From Saprolegnia diclina VS20 (lineage: Eukaryota), in contig NW_008246105.1 in NCBI RefSeq assembly GCF_000281045.1, positions 281,762-345,722 of the forward strand: 63,961 bases of DNA. The letters run 5' to 3'. Position 1 is the stretch's first letter. Every line of letters begins with the position of its first letter. The translations under genes were made by a program, and so were the position numbers. The notes under the pieces are model-generated. The model saw nothing but the letters and a program-made list of their open reading frames with translations, searched no databases and was not told where the DNA came from. Below, in pieces: positions 45,801-56,560 of the stretch.

Positions 45801-46733
45801 GACAACCTCGTGGTGTTGCTCTTGCCGTACCTCTCGCCGACGTTCTACCTCCGCCGCGCGGCCTTTCTCCTTAAATTTGGCGACCTCGACCGGACGCAGT
45901 CGGCCAACTCGATTGCCGAGCACTACGACGACGGTAACGCCCTCTTCAAGGCCTTCCTCGGCGACGACATGGTGTACACGAGCGCAAGCTGGGACGGCCT
46001 CCCGCCCAACGCCTCGCTCCGCGACGCCCAGCGCCACAAAGTGCAGCGCATGCTCTCGCTCACGCAGGCGCAGCCCGGCGAGAAGCTCCTCGACATTGGG
46101 TCCGGCTGGGGCTTCCTCGTGCACGCGGCGCGCGAAGCCGGCATCCAAGCCAACGGGCTTTGCAACTGCCGGTCCATGGTCGCGGCGGCGCGCGAGCGGT
46201 ATGGTGACGCGCTCTTCTCGCTGCGCGACTACCGCGACATTCCGGCGACGCACGAGTACGCGGCCGTGACCGCCGTCGAGATGATTGAAGCCGTGCCCGC
46301 GGCCCACTACGGCGACTTTGCGGCGGCGTGTTACCGTGCGCTCAAGCCCGGCGGCCGCGTCGTCCTGCAGGTCATCCACGCGTATGCGTTCAACAACCCG
46401 GTCGCGCGCAGCCGGACGCCGGTGCCTTTGGGGACGTTTGTGACGACGCACATCTTTCCTGGGCAGCAAGTGCCCAACTTGGAGTTCCTCCACGAAGCGT
46501 TCATGGAGCACAAGTTCAAGCGCGTCTTCACCGAGACGCGGTCGCACGACTACGCCGAGACGCTGCGGCTCTGGGCCGAGAACCTCGACGGATACCGCCA
46601 TGCGCTGCCGCCGACGGTCTACCGCAAGTACAAGTACTACCTCAACTGGTGCGAAGTCGGCTTCAGCATCGAGAAACTCCACCTCTCGCGCGTCGTGTTT
46701 GAAAAACCACTGGACGAGCCAAAGAAGGTCTAG
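42858..46733 (+). CDS. Intronless fusion: FAD-dependent oxidoreductase (UfaD-like), DUF1365 (UfaO-like), multi-TM segment, CFA-synthase-type SAM methyltransferase (UfaM-like)
   Basis: FAD domain (~42858-44070): IVGSGVTGL, RLGGHAYT, DIGFMVMNNLTYPNL, SDMSFSV, TYWISRLQNL, FAGAWLRNGFHEDG. DUF1365 (~44125-44780): HHARLLP, RRDH, LRYLGLGFNP, IEVHNTPWNER, KIMHVSPF, IYVQAAKL. Hydrophobic stretch ~44800-45520. Methyltransferase (~45640-46720): GELGLGEAF, IAEHYDDGNALF, MVYTSA, LDIGSGWG, VEMIEAV, HIFPG, DYAETLRLW, YYLNWCEVGF. Confidence 0.92.
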   Translation: MVDPALPKRIVIVGSGVTGLTAARTICKYSDCRVTLVEAAPRLGGHAYTIDGPSGERMDIGFMVMNNLTYPNLNKLFADIGAEVEPSDMSFSVFDKDFSWSFQGGWAWTLRNVFRPRLWHFISAHGEFAKRGLAFLLDETPRTTTTREFAVGLDQRFIDKWLVPFISAVWSTSAEGAMDFPIQPLLKFMHHHMFLTLETVAWTTPANRSETYVQKLVALCPNMDVRTSSKASRIDDDAKELVLESGERLQYDALILTCSAPEALALQPPASTRDWLAKFETNPSRIVCHTSSSGMPTLKEDWSSWNVAGTPADGPQVTYWISRLQNLAADNVFLSLNPATTPEGTFFETTLSHPTMNQSAYEGQLQEAAFQGHKSVYFAGAWLRNGFHEDGAVSGLLAARRSLNRDDLPVEFPTLSGLPAVGVVGSSHHARLLPTDKAYTIDYDMHLHKFDTRCPPRSFHRRDHFGDVSVPIDTCVRRELASRLNYWPAGKIETVVNLRYLGLGFNPLTPYFAYDEAGTLQALLIEVHNTPWNERCLYAMRVLPNDVLSPAIHPKIMHVSPFNAPPGQPTVGEYEFKLVGTSSITVTLREVESKAVIMTASWKVDYSKSHNVRTGSWRTVGQIYVQAAKLFAAGMAMHAYKAQSKLSLVSPMLFLPLLMFGAVAIAFVQANMLSTAVLFGALGPLLAMHHRYHGALIPASGLAYFVLLLAALVAGTSTNFNVALALSSVLAFAVSIFSTTHADALRLLSYGNLALASAAVASPLPLYVTASATYLNVLYLWAARQSTANAVGGYAIATQAALASSVVQSLLATSSESLLAASHGLLATHLGFSFLEPSSNWEFYAHTTIVGVIALLHPWEPVLFSWPLLASLLLLQAIVGTAWAFLSRSPAFLAKRDAIVTHVLQAAVLAATSGRLLLVQEAPANPTSHVVILKKPFAFFEALLANGELGLGEAFVRNEWELGQNATLTEVLHTLAAANLQDNLVVLLLPYLSPTFYLRRAAFLLKFGDLDRTQSANSIAEHYDDGNALFKAFLGDDMVYTSASWDGLPPNASLRDAQRHKVQRMLSLTQAQPGEKLLDIGSGWGFLVHAAREAGIQANGLCNCRSMVAAARERYGDALFSLRDYRDIPATHEYAAVTAVEMIEAVPAAHYGDFAAACYRALKPGGRVVLQVIHAYAFNNPVARSRTPVPLGTFVTTHIFPGQQVPNLEFLHEAFMEHKFKRVFTETRSHDYAETLRLWAENLDGYRHALPPTVYRKYKYYLNWCEVGFSIEKLHLSRVVFEKPLDEPKKV

Positions 46734-47188
46734 AGTCGGTCCTCTCGCAGTTGAAATATAGTGTATGCATGCATGGACGCGAATGAGTTGAGAAGGAGGA
46801 GGCCAAGCATGGAAGCAATGTGGCCCTCGCTGGCACACCAGAAGGCAGCACGCGGTAGGGTCCTGCGTCGTCGTGAGGTACAGCAGGAAGCGCCGTCGAC
46901 AGTCTATAAGCGGTTCGTTGGCACGTGTATCGACCGTTGCAGATGGCCGTGGGGAGCTGCCTTCAGATGCATGAGCGGGTGCTCTAATCCGTCAACCGGA
47001 TGAAACCGGATAACGAGGATACGCACCCAATATTTGAAAAAGGTGCGCTATCGTCGGAACATACAAAAATCAAGTGCTTTTGGTGGGATGTTCGAGATAT
47101 ATTGACGGATATTTGGCCAATGAGACGAGCCCAGCGAAGATTTTGAGGTCATTTCGCAAGCGGACGGCAGTAGACAGTAGGCAGCAGC

Positions 47189-50100
47189 ATGGCGGTCCGT
47201 GGCATTAGCGGCGATGCCCACTTCTTCGAAGAGAGCGTCAACATGGAGAAGATCAAGAGGCTCCTGGACAACAAGACGGGCAGCGCCGGCGTCTCGGAGA
47301 AGCTCCAGGCCATGAAGACGCTCCTCGCCATGATCAGCAAGGGCGAAGACGTCTCGCTCTTCTTCGCCGACGTGGTCAAGAACGTCATTGTCAACAGCGT
47401 CGAGGTCAAGAAGATGGTGTACATGTACCTCGTGCACTACGCCGACGCCAACGCGCAGTGCCGAGAGCTCGCGCTCCTCTCGATCAACTCGTTCCAGAAG
47501 GACTTGGCCGACCCGAACCAGCTCATTCGCGCGCTCGCATTGCGTGTCATGACAAGCATCCGCGTCCGCGATATCATCCAGATCCAGATCATTGCGATCC
47601 GCAAGTGCGCTGGCGACTCGTCGCCGTACGTGCGCAAGTGCGCGGCCAACGCGCTCAGCAAGGTCCACGCGATGGACAGCGTCGACCAGAAGGAGGTGCT
47701 TGCAGAGATCATTGCGCTGCTCCTCGAAGACTCGAGCACGATGGTGCTCGGCAGCGCGGTGCAGGCGCTCAACGAAATCTGCCCGGATCGTATGGACCTT
47801 CTCCACCGACCGTTCCGGAAGCTCTGCCACCTCCTCGCCGACATTGACGAGTGGGGCCAAGCCGTCGTGATGCAGGTGCTCACACGCTACTGCCGCGAGC
47901 AGTTCCAGAGCCCGAAGCAGGACCCGCCGCCGCAGAGCCAGAAGGACCAGTTCCCGAAGCGCAAGGTCAAAAAGGCGTTTTACTCGGACGAGGATGAAGA
48001 CCCCAAGGCCAAGGGTAGCAACAACAACAAGGGCTACAACGCGTCGCCCTTCATGCTCGGCGGCGGCGGCGCGTCGTCGTCGCAGCGTGAATACATGCCG
48101 AGCGTCGGGTCGGTCTTTCGCTCGACGGACGTGGCGAGTGGCATTGGCGGCGGCGAAGAGCTCGACGAGGACCACCGGCTCTTGTTGCGGTCGTCGATCC
48201 CGCTGCTCAAGTCGCGCAACTCGGCGGTCGTGCTCTCGGTCTCGACGCTGCACTACTACTGCGGCACGCAGAGCACGGCGACGTGCACGCTCCTCGGCAA
48301 GTCGCTCGTGCGCATCATGCGCAACCAGCGCGAGATCCAGTACGTCGTCCTCTCGGTCATTGCGTCCATGGCGACCGCGCGGCCCGACATGTTCCTCCCG
48401 TTCCTCCAAGATTTCTTCGTGCGGGCGACCGACCCCTCGTACACGCGCCAGCTCAAGCTCGACATCCTCACCGCGCTCGTCACCGAAGACACGGTGCCGA
48501 CGATTCTGCGCGAGTTCCAAGCGTACGTGCGCCACGTGGACAAGGGGTTTGTCACGATGACCGTGCGCGCGCTCGGCCGTGTCGCCGACGCGATGCCGTC
48601 AGTCTCGGAGAAATGCCTCAAGGGTAGTGTTCTGCTACGCCATACCGCGTGTCTCATAGCCGATCCTTCTTTGACTAGGTCTCATGCGCCTCGTGCGCTC
48701 AGTCCACGAGAGCGTCGTGGCCGAGAGCGTCATCGTGATCCGCCAGCTGCTGCAGCAAGTGCAGGCGCCCAACGCGTCGCAGGCGGTCAAGGTCGTCCGG
48801 TCGCTGGCGGCCATGATGGTCTCGGGCCGCGTCACGTCGCCGTCGGCGCGCGCGTCGATCGTGTGGATGCTTGGGGAATTTGCAGCCGAAGAGCCCGTGG
48901 CGCCCGAGACGCTGCGCTGCATGTGCGCGACGTTCACGGACGAAGACTCGGACGTGAAGCTCCAGCTGCTGAGCTTGGCCGTCAAGCTGGCGCTCAAGAC
49001 ACCGAATCACTCCAAGGTGCAGCTGTGCCTCCAGTATGTGGTCGAGCTCTGCAAGTTTGACTTGGACTACGACATTCGCGACCGCGCGCGCCTCGTGCGG
49101 TCGGCGCTCCTCGGCGACGGTCTCAGCCCGCAAACGCTCTTTCTGAGCAAGAAGCCCGCGCCGCTCATTGGCTGCTACGAGCAAACCAAGTCCAAGTTTA
49201 CGCTCGGGTCGCTCTCGGAGCTCGTGCACCACAACGTGCCCGGGTACCTCCCCCTCCCGACGTGGCGCCTCGAAAAGGTCGACAAGAAGCTCCGCGACGG
49301 GTCGGTGGAAGCACCGGCGATCGTCAAGGACGCCCAGAAGAAGTCGTCCTCGAGCAGCAAGAAGCCGTCGGCCAAGTCGGCGTCACGCGGCTTTTACAGC
49401 AGCGAAGACGACGGCAGTGATGCGAGCGACGACGATGACAGTGATGACGACAGCGAGGCTGACAGTGATGACTCGGACGACGATGACGACAGCGAGGCGG
49501 ACAGCGACGAAGACGCCTCGGACAACAACGAGTCGGAAGAGGACGAAGAAAGCTCGGAAGAAGAAGAAGAGAGCTCGTCAGAAGAGTCGGAGCCCGTCAA
49601 GCCCACCAAGCAGCGCAAGCCGACAAAGCAAGCGCCGGCACCGGCCCCCACGCGCAACCTCTTGGATCCGTTCGACTTTCTCTCGACGGGCGCCTCGTCG
49701 TCGTCGTCAGTCAACTCGATGAGCATGATGGCCGACCTGAGCAACCTCACAATGAACGCGGCGGCGCCCACGTCCCGCTCGGTCTTGCTTGCGAGTGCAG
49801 TGGGCGACGGTCTCCAGATCGAGTACAGCTTTCTCCGGACGCCGTCCATGTACGCGCCCAATATGATTGTGGTCCAGTGCTACCTCCTCAACCAGTCGTC
49901 GACGCCGATCGCGCGCATCCGCGTCGAGCTCGAGGCGCACGCGCACGGGTCGCTCGTGCCGTTCCCCGAAGTCCCCGTCGTGTACCCCGGGTCGTCGTCG
50001 ATGGTTCAGTTGCACGTGGACTTTGCTGGCAAGCTCAAGGGCGTCCCGGTGCGCATCCTCACGGGCAGCGCCGAGGACGACGACGCGTACACGGGCGTGC

Positions 50101-50492
50101 TCACGCCGTCGATCGGCGAGCTCCTGCACCCGTTCCACGTGATGCCCGACCAGTTTACGGCGCTCTGGGCCAAGCACAAGATTGCGTCCAACGAGCTGCA
50201 GCAGTTTTCGACGCCGTTGACGTTGGCCGCGCTCACGCAGCACGTCGGCCACGCGCTCAACCTCTGCCACGTCAACCCGCACCAGATGCTCCTGCCCGGG
50301 AACGTCCAGGCACCGGTCGTCATGCAGCTCTGCGGCAAGCTCCGGTCGGACAAGAAGGAGATTTGGCTCCTTGCGACCATCGAGATGCAATACGCGACGG
50401 GCACGCTGCGCCTCCAAGTGTCGTCGGGCGACGCCAACCTCGGCGACACGCTTCTCGATGCGCTCGTCGACGCCATCTCGAGCGCCCATTAA
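47189..50492 (+). CDS. AP3B: AP-3 adaptor complex beta subunit, 2 exons (intron ~48624-48678)
   Basis: FFADVVKNV, VKKMVYMYLVHYA, LLSINSFQKDLADPNQLIRALALRVMTSIRV, LADIDEWGQ, LDEDHRLLLR, DLDYDIRDRAR, an S/D/E-rich hinge and an ear domain. Confidence 0.93.
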
Positions 50493-50564
50493 GTCCTCTG
50501 TAGATGCTGCAAGTACATAATGAATCATCATGCTGATGGATATATGATGATGATGATGCATCGA

Positions 50565-51421
50565 CTACGCCCAGGACTTGACGTGGCGCGGGCTCTCGAG
50601 CAACCGCTTGATGTAGCAGATCTGGAGCAGGACGCAGGCGACGTACACGAGCGACTCGAGCGTCCCGGCGAGTGAAACGCGGTCGTTCGTGCTCTTCTCC
50701 GCTACGCATGTTGCCTGTTAGGAGAAGGAATATGGCGCAGACGTACTCTTCATGTGCCGGTCCGTGCGCAGCTGCATCAAGCGCTGCTCCGACTCGAGCT
50801 CGCCGAGGCGAATGTCGAGGTGCGACGCGTACTTGGCGAGGATGCTCACGTGTTCTAGCAGGGCGAGGAGGATGCGGCGTCGACAGCGTTGGCGTGCGTA
50901 CCTTTTTCGACGGGGTGCTGCGACTGCAGCGTGTGCGTCACGTGGCTCACGAGCTTGCCGTCACTCGCGTCGTTGACAAAGCAGACTTCGTAGACTCCGA
51001 CGCTCGACGGCTTGACCTCGTACGTGCCCTCGACGTCGTCGTCGCGGCGAAAGACGATCGCGCCGGTCGGGTCCTTGACGACCACGTTGATCGTCGCGGC
51101 CGCGGTCGACACGATGTACGCGCCCGAGACGTCGTCGCCGAGCGACTTGACGTCCTCAAAGAAGCACGACGACTCGAGCTTCTCGATGTAGAAGGTGAGG
51201 CCCTCGGACGGGTCAAAGTCAAATTTGCTGAGGTGCTCGTTCTGGACGGCCGCCGGCGCGAGCTTCCCGTGCGTGCCCATGCCCATGACGAGGTCCAAGT
51301 CCTGCTGCTTGTATGGGTCAAAGTCGTCGAGGATCACGGGCGCATGCGGCGTCTCCTCGGCGTAGGCGAGCGCGGCCGCGCAGAGGACCATGGCCCACAG
51401 GCAACGTGTCGTCGGCCCCAT
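50565..51421 (-). CDS. emp24/p24 family GOLD-domain cargo receptor, 3 exons
   Basis: Signal peptide; GOLD motifs CFFEDV, INVVVKDPTG and GVYEVCFVN; coiled coil; C-terminal TM ESLVYVACVLLQICYIKRLL. Confidence 0.88.
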
Positions 51422-51690
51422 GTTGCTGACTACGGTTTAGTCGGGCGGGACCGACTGAATGATTTGTCCCAAATCCTGCCACAAACAGCAATTATCTGAT
51501 CGCATCTTGCCGAAACGTCGTGGGCAAAACCGGGGTTTTCCTCTGCGGACTGGTACTCGTTTAGTCGACGCACGTCATTGTTTCGGCATTCGGATCCGGT
51601 TACACGGGTTAAATTCGGCATCTGCCGCATATACGTGCGACCGATGGACTGGCACCAGTCAGCATTGCGCTTTCCCGAACTTTGCCGAAG

Positions 51691-52510
51691 ATGTTTGCTG
51701 TGGCCAACCTCCGCCGCGCCGCTGCCCGCGCGACCAAGACCCGGACCCTCGTGGCGCCTGCCAAGGCCAACCGCGCGCCTCTGAACCGCCGCCAGTTCTG
51801 CGACAAGGCATGCAACCACTGCAATGCAATGCTGGATCTGACTGCGTTGTACTAGGCCAAGCCCAACCCGGCGCAGGCGGAAGCGCAGACGGACGCGATC
51901 GTCTTGACGCCGTACGAGAAGGTCGCTGCCACCACGCAGGTCGGCATGTGGGCCGGTATTGCTGGTTTGTCGGTGGTCTGCGGCTACTTTATCGTGCGCG
52001 AGCTCTTCCCGAGGTATGTACATCGCGATCGTGATTTGGGTCACAACGCTCATTTACTCTCTTAGCCGCATGAGCCCCAACTCGCTCTTCAGCGAGGCCA
52101 GCGACATTGTCTTGCAGAACGACATGGTAGATACGCTTTGCTGCTGTGTGTACCTCACGGTGCACGGTGGATTCTAGGTCTTGCAGCGTTTGGGCGCTCC
52201 GATCCGCTGCTACGGCCGTGACCACGGTGGCCACAAGGAGGGTCGCCGCAACTTTATCGAGCACGTTGAGCTCAACGACAAGGAAGGCAACAAGACGCGT
52301 CTCCGCATCAAGTTCAACCTCCAGGGCCCGAACGGCAAGGCGCAGGCATGGGCCGAGACGTACGCCAGCATGAACAAGGGCGAGTACGTCTACTTGATTG
52401 TCCAAACGTACACGGGCGAGATCATCAAGATTCAAGACAACCGCCAGATCCTCCAGGCCGACTCGGAGGAGGAGCGTGATGCCCTCAAGCGTTTGCTCGG
52501 CGGCAACTAG
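51691..52510 (+). CDS. TIM21: Mitochondrial inner-membrane translocase subunit TIM21, multi-exon
   Basis: Arg/Ala-rich presequence, one TM, RELFP..MSPNSLFSEA, LGAPIRCYG, RLRIKFNLQGPNGKA. Confidence 0.82.
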
Positions 52511-52569
52511 ACGACGATTCGATAACACGTTTCCATTAACCATGCGTGAGTTCGCTGCGATGCACTGCG

Positions 52570-52899
52570 CTAAGCGTGCACGTTGTACGGGGACAAGGCC
52601 GAGCACACGGGGTGCGGCATCCCATCATGGCGGTGCAAGAGGAAGCGAATAGGCGGGAGGCGCGGTGTGTCCCGAGCATACGTTGGCGGCGCGGCCACGG
52701 CGTACGGCAGCAAGAGCGGTCGGTCGTGGCACATATTTGTCTTGAGGCGCCGGAGCTTGGTATCGCGGCGTCGCTGGTTGGCGTTCTGCCTCGCGCGGTG
52801 GTGCGCACAGAGTGAGTGGAGCTGGCCGTTGGGCTTGCGCGCCCGCGGCTCCTGGCACTTGCCCCGCGGCGCGTACTGACACAGGACCGGATCGCCCAT
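52570..52899 (-). CDS. Small oomycete-type Cys/His zinc-finger-like protein with basic region
   Basis: CQY....CQEPRARKPNGQLHSLCAHHRARQNANQRR, a motif pattern recalled from a large oomycete hypothetical-protein family. Confidence 0.65.
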   Translation of the reverse strand: MGDPVLCQYAPRGKCQEPRARKPNGQLHSLCAHHRARQNANQRRRDTKLRRLKTNMCHDRPLLLPYAVAAPPTYARDTPRLPPIRFLLHRHDGMPHPVCSALSPYNVHA

Positions 52900-53213
52900 G
52901 CAATCTTCAAAATGACATGGCAGGATCCCCAATATAGCGTCCGACTTGCGATCTTCCGGACTTCCGTCGGTTGTCAACGGCCTTCTTCGTCACGGCGGAG
53001 ACCAGAAATGCTGCGTCTCGCACCGCCACCGTGTCTTACAGGACGCCGAGAAGCTTGCGCTCGCCTCGGCACAGGATGCCCCAGCATCTCTGCAACGGTA
53101 TCTACGCCACGGTCGACGGGTCCTGGCAGTCGCCAAGGTCGCCTGCCAAGACAGTCCAGTGGCATAACAGCATAATGCATTCATATCAAAACATCCTTTG
53201 ACGATCCAAGCGC

Positions 53214-53665
53214 CTAGTCGTCGCGGCGCTGCGCGGCGAGGAGCTGCTTCTTCATGGCTTGGAAGCGGATGAGCATCCAGTAGATCGTAAACGTGAGCGC
53301 GCTAATCCACCAGTTGCGCTCCGAGCGCCAGCGCGACGCCTTTTGCTGGAGGTCCGCCGAGTAGTGCTTCTCGAGGCCTTCGACGGGGTGCGTGTAGCGC
53401 TTCTGGAGGTCGTACGTCTGGCCGGCGAGCGACACAAACGCGAGGAACGTGATCACCGAGACGACGGGAATGCCCGCGAGCTCGATCTTGAAGAGCATGT
53501 CGACGAAGCGGACGACGCCCTTGGCGATCATGCGCGGGAACGGGATCGTGAGGAGCATGAGCCTACGTTGGCGCATGAGAGGCCATCATGGGTACATGTC
53601 GAGGGCACGTACAAGACGACGGCCGGCGGCAGCAGCACGTAGGTCCACGTTGCCCACATGCTCAT
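53214..53665 (-). CDS. BAP29/BAP31-like ER membrane protein, 2 exons
   Basis: Three TM segments, LLTIPFP, and RWRSERNWWIS (compare BAP31 FRAQRNLYIS). Confidence 0.75.
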
Positions 53666-54100
53666 GAGAGACTGGTTGAGTGTTTTCAGAAATGAACTCT
53701 GGGGAGACCAGGCAGCCAGTACCGAGTGACTGTCAATCGACCTACATTCCGCTGTCAAAATTCAGTTGCGCCAAAGACCAACGGCAGCAGCCACGTGGAC
53801 GCCTCCCGATGCGTGCTGCTAGTTCGCTCGACGAGGCCACTGCTTATAGCCACGGGAATGCGCTCCTGGCAAGAACTGACCTGGTCCTTGTCGCCGATCG
53901 AATGGGGCGAAGCAGACACTAAGCATACCGCTGCCAATATCCAGAGCCACGGCTATCATGGACAACGACTCGATGGATCACTGCAGAGCTCGCATATGCA
54001 CTTGGCTCGATGGATCGTCCATGCGTCAACGGAAGTAGCTGCTGCGAAGAGTTGCTGTTTGAGCGTGGTCAGCGGGGTCAAGTGTGCATTTATAGTCTTA

Positions 54101-55116
54101 TTAGTCGTCAAAGACAACCTTCTTTCCCGAGAAGGCGTGGATATCGACCTTCTCTTTGTCCTTTTGCGCCTGTTTGGCAGCCCACGACGGATGTGACGTC
54201 TTGTCGACGGCCGGTGCCTCGGGCCGCGTGCGCTCGACGCGCGCCGGCTTGGCTGGCTTGGCAGCAGGGGGCTTGTTCGCCTTCTTCGCCGGCTTCGGGC
54301 GCTCCTTCTTCTCACGGAACGAACCGCCCGACTCGATAGGCCGGCCCGTCTTGGCGGCTTCGATCATGAGCGCCTTTTGCTTACGGGCGCGCTGGCCAGG
54401 ACGGTTCTTCTTGTGCTTCTCGCCCAAAAAGTCGGCAATCACATCTTCCTACGCAGCCCGCGACCATGATGACCATGATGTTTCTTAGACGATGATATCA
54501 CAACCTCTTTGGCGCGGTCGTCAGCGTCGCCAAAGCCCGAGAGCGTTCCGACAAAGAGCGAGACAGGAGCGGCGCTACTACGCGCACCGAGGCCATTTTT
54601 CTAGCAGGCATGAGTCACCGGAGAAGGAGAGTCGGACGTACGCCACGCGATTTGTTGAGCTCGGCGTTTTCTTCCTTGAAGAGCTTCTCGGCGCGCTCGC
54701 CCGTCTTCTCTTTCCACGTCTTCATGACGGGCGCGAGGCGCTTGTGCTTGAGGAGCGAGGTCTCAATCGCCTTGATCTTGGCGGCAAGCTCGTCCGGGAG
54801 CTCGACGGCCTTGGCCTGCTTCGCCGGCGGGTCGAGACCCAGCGAGAGAAGCGCACGGCGCACAACCAGCGAAATGTCGAGGTTCTACAAGCACGCTATA
54901 AGCTGCACGCCACAGTCACGGCGCGCGTACCTTGAGGAGCTCGACCTGGATCTGCAGCGCCGGGTTCTCCGGGTCCTTCCCAAGCACCTTGATAACCTTC
55001 TGGAGCTCAAAGGTCTTGATCTTCTTCAGCTCGCGCGCAAAGGCGACCGACGCCTGGTGGCTGAGCTTCTCGTCCTCGCTGTACTCGCGCTTCCGCTTCG
55101 CGCTGCTGCCAGCCAT
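54101..55116 (-). CDS. BUD22/SRFBP1-family ribosome biogenesis protein, multi-exon
   Basis: RELKKIKTFELQKVIK, KKNRPGQRARKQ, HPSWAAK...FSGKKVVFDD. Confidence 0.85.
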
Positions 55117-55361
55117 GGTTCTGATGATTGGTTTCAGGATTGGCTGGTGCAATTGGCCTATTTTGTCCTAATTGGGACTTTTTGTCCTCATGTCGCATAC
55201 CTGGGCCGCAGCTAGGCTGGCAGGCTCTATGGACACTGCTACGCCACAGCGCTCTGCATACAGCAGCAACACGGCCTATATTATATGCACGCTTTGATGC
55301 TGCCTCGGTCTCATTCGTCCAAGCTCTCTACGCAAGGCTGCATGCTCGCGTCATCGAACCA

Positions 55362-55406
55362 GGACAAATTTCGGACAAATTTCGGACAAAATCAGGACAA
55401 AAGTCC
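55362..55406 (+). repeat. (GGACAAATTTC)-type 11-mer x4 in the BUD22/TrmB divergent intergenic region
   Basis: ggacaaatttc ggacaaatttc ggacaaaatca ggacaaaagtcc. Confidence 0.85.
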
Positions 55407-55432
55407 GAATGGCATTTCCATTTTGGTGGAGC

Positions 55433-56101
55433 ATGGCAGCGATCGGTCGCCTCGCACGCTCGCTGAGCACCAAGGTGCGTGTGCGCCAGCACGTGAACCC
55501 GCTCGCCCGGCGCTTCGAGGCGCCAATCGATCTGCCCGATTGGCCAAGTCTCTTTCCACCAGCGTCGTCGCAGGTGCATTTGGACATTGGTTGCGCGCGT
55601 GGCGGGTACCTCTTTGCGCTCGCCGCCCAGCACCCGACGCAGTGCTTTCTCGGCGTCGAGATCCGTGAGCCGCTCGTGCTCGAGGCCGTCAGCCGCATCC
55701 ACGACGAGAAGATTGACAACGTCCACGTCCTCCACGCCAACATGAACCTGCACATTGACGCGATCCTGTCCTCCTTGCGTCCGACGCATGCGATCTCGAG
55801 CGTCTCGATCTTCCACCCAGATCCGTGGATGAAGAAGCGCCACCTCAAACGCCGCCTCGTCAACCCCGCGTTCGTTCAAGCGCTTGCGATGCATTTGGCG
55901 CCGGCGACGCCGGTATTTCTGCAGACCGATGTCCTCGACCTCTTCGAGTACATGGTCGAAGTCTTTGCCGAGCACCCGGACCTCTTCACGCAAGAGACTG
56001 GCCCGCACGAGACAAATGCGATGGGGATCCCGACAGACCGCGAGACGTACGTCGTGGACCACGGCGGCGACATTTACCGGACCGCGTTCCGGGCAAACTA
56101 G
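55433..56101 (+). CDS. trmB: tRNA (guanine-N7)-methyltransferase, TrmB type, probably mitochondrial
   Basis: RVRQHVNPL, HLDIGCARG, FLGVEIR, FHPDPWMKKRHLKRRLV, LQTDV, PTDRE; short presequence MAAIGRLARSLS. Confidence 0.9.
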   Translation: MAAIGRLARSLSTKVRVRQHVNPLARRFEAPIDLPDWPSLFPPASSQVHLDIGCARGGYLFALAAQHPTQCFLGVEIREPLVLEAVSRIHDEKIDNVHVLHANMNLHIDAILSSLRPTHAISSVSIFHPDPWMKKRHLKRRLVNPAFVQALAMHLAPATPVFLQTDVLDLFEYMVEVFAEHPDLFTQETGPHETNAMGIPTDRETYVVDHGGDIYRTAFRAN

Positions 56102-56560
56102 GAAAAAAGTAGTATTTCAACCAACTACTTGCTGCCTGTTGCGATCTTTGCGCCAACTGAGTTCTGTGTCGCAGTAAAGGGCGAGGCGCAAGGGCCTCTG
56201 TCGCACCGACATTAGTAGGTCTCTACACTGGCTGGGCACAGAGACGAATCGACAAGCGTTGTCATTCATCACCAAGTTGCAAGATACTAGTACGTTGCTG
56301 TTGGCTTCAGAACCGAGTATTGGGTAGCTCGAAGGTCACTGCGACGCCATTGCGATCCCTCAGCGTGCCACGTGTGTTGGTGTCGCCGTTCTTTCTATTT
56401 TTACCGGTCTGGCCTGGGACAGCTCCGTTGGCGCCAAAAAAAGACGCCTTATCTGTGCGAATTCGGTGGGAGAGCACCGGATACTGTACCGTATCCGGTA
56501 TTTCCGGACTGGAGATCGTGTTATCCGGATGGCTCGCGGCCAAGTTGATTGGAAAGCAAA

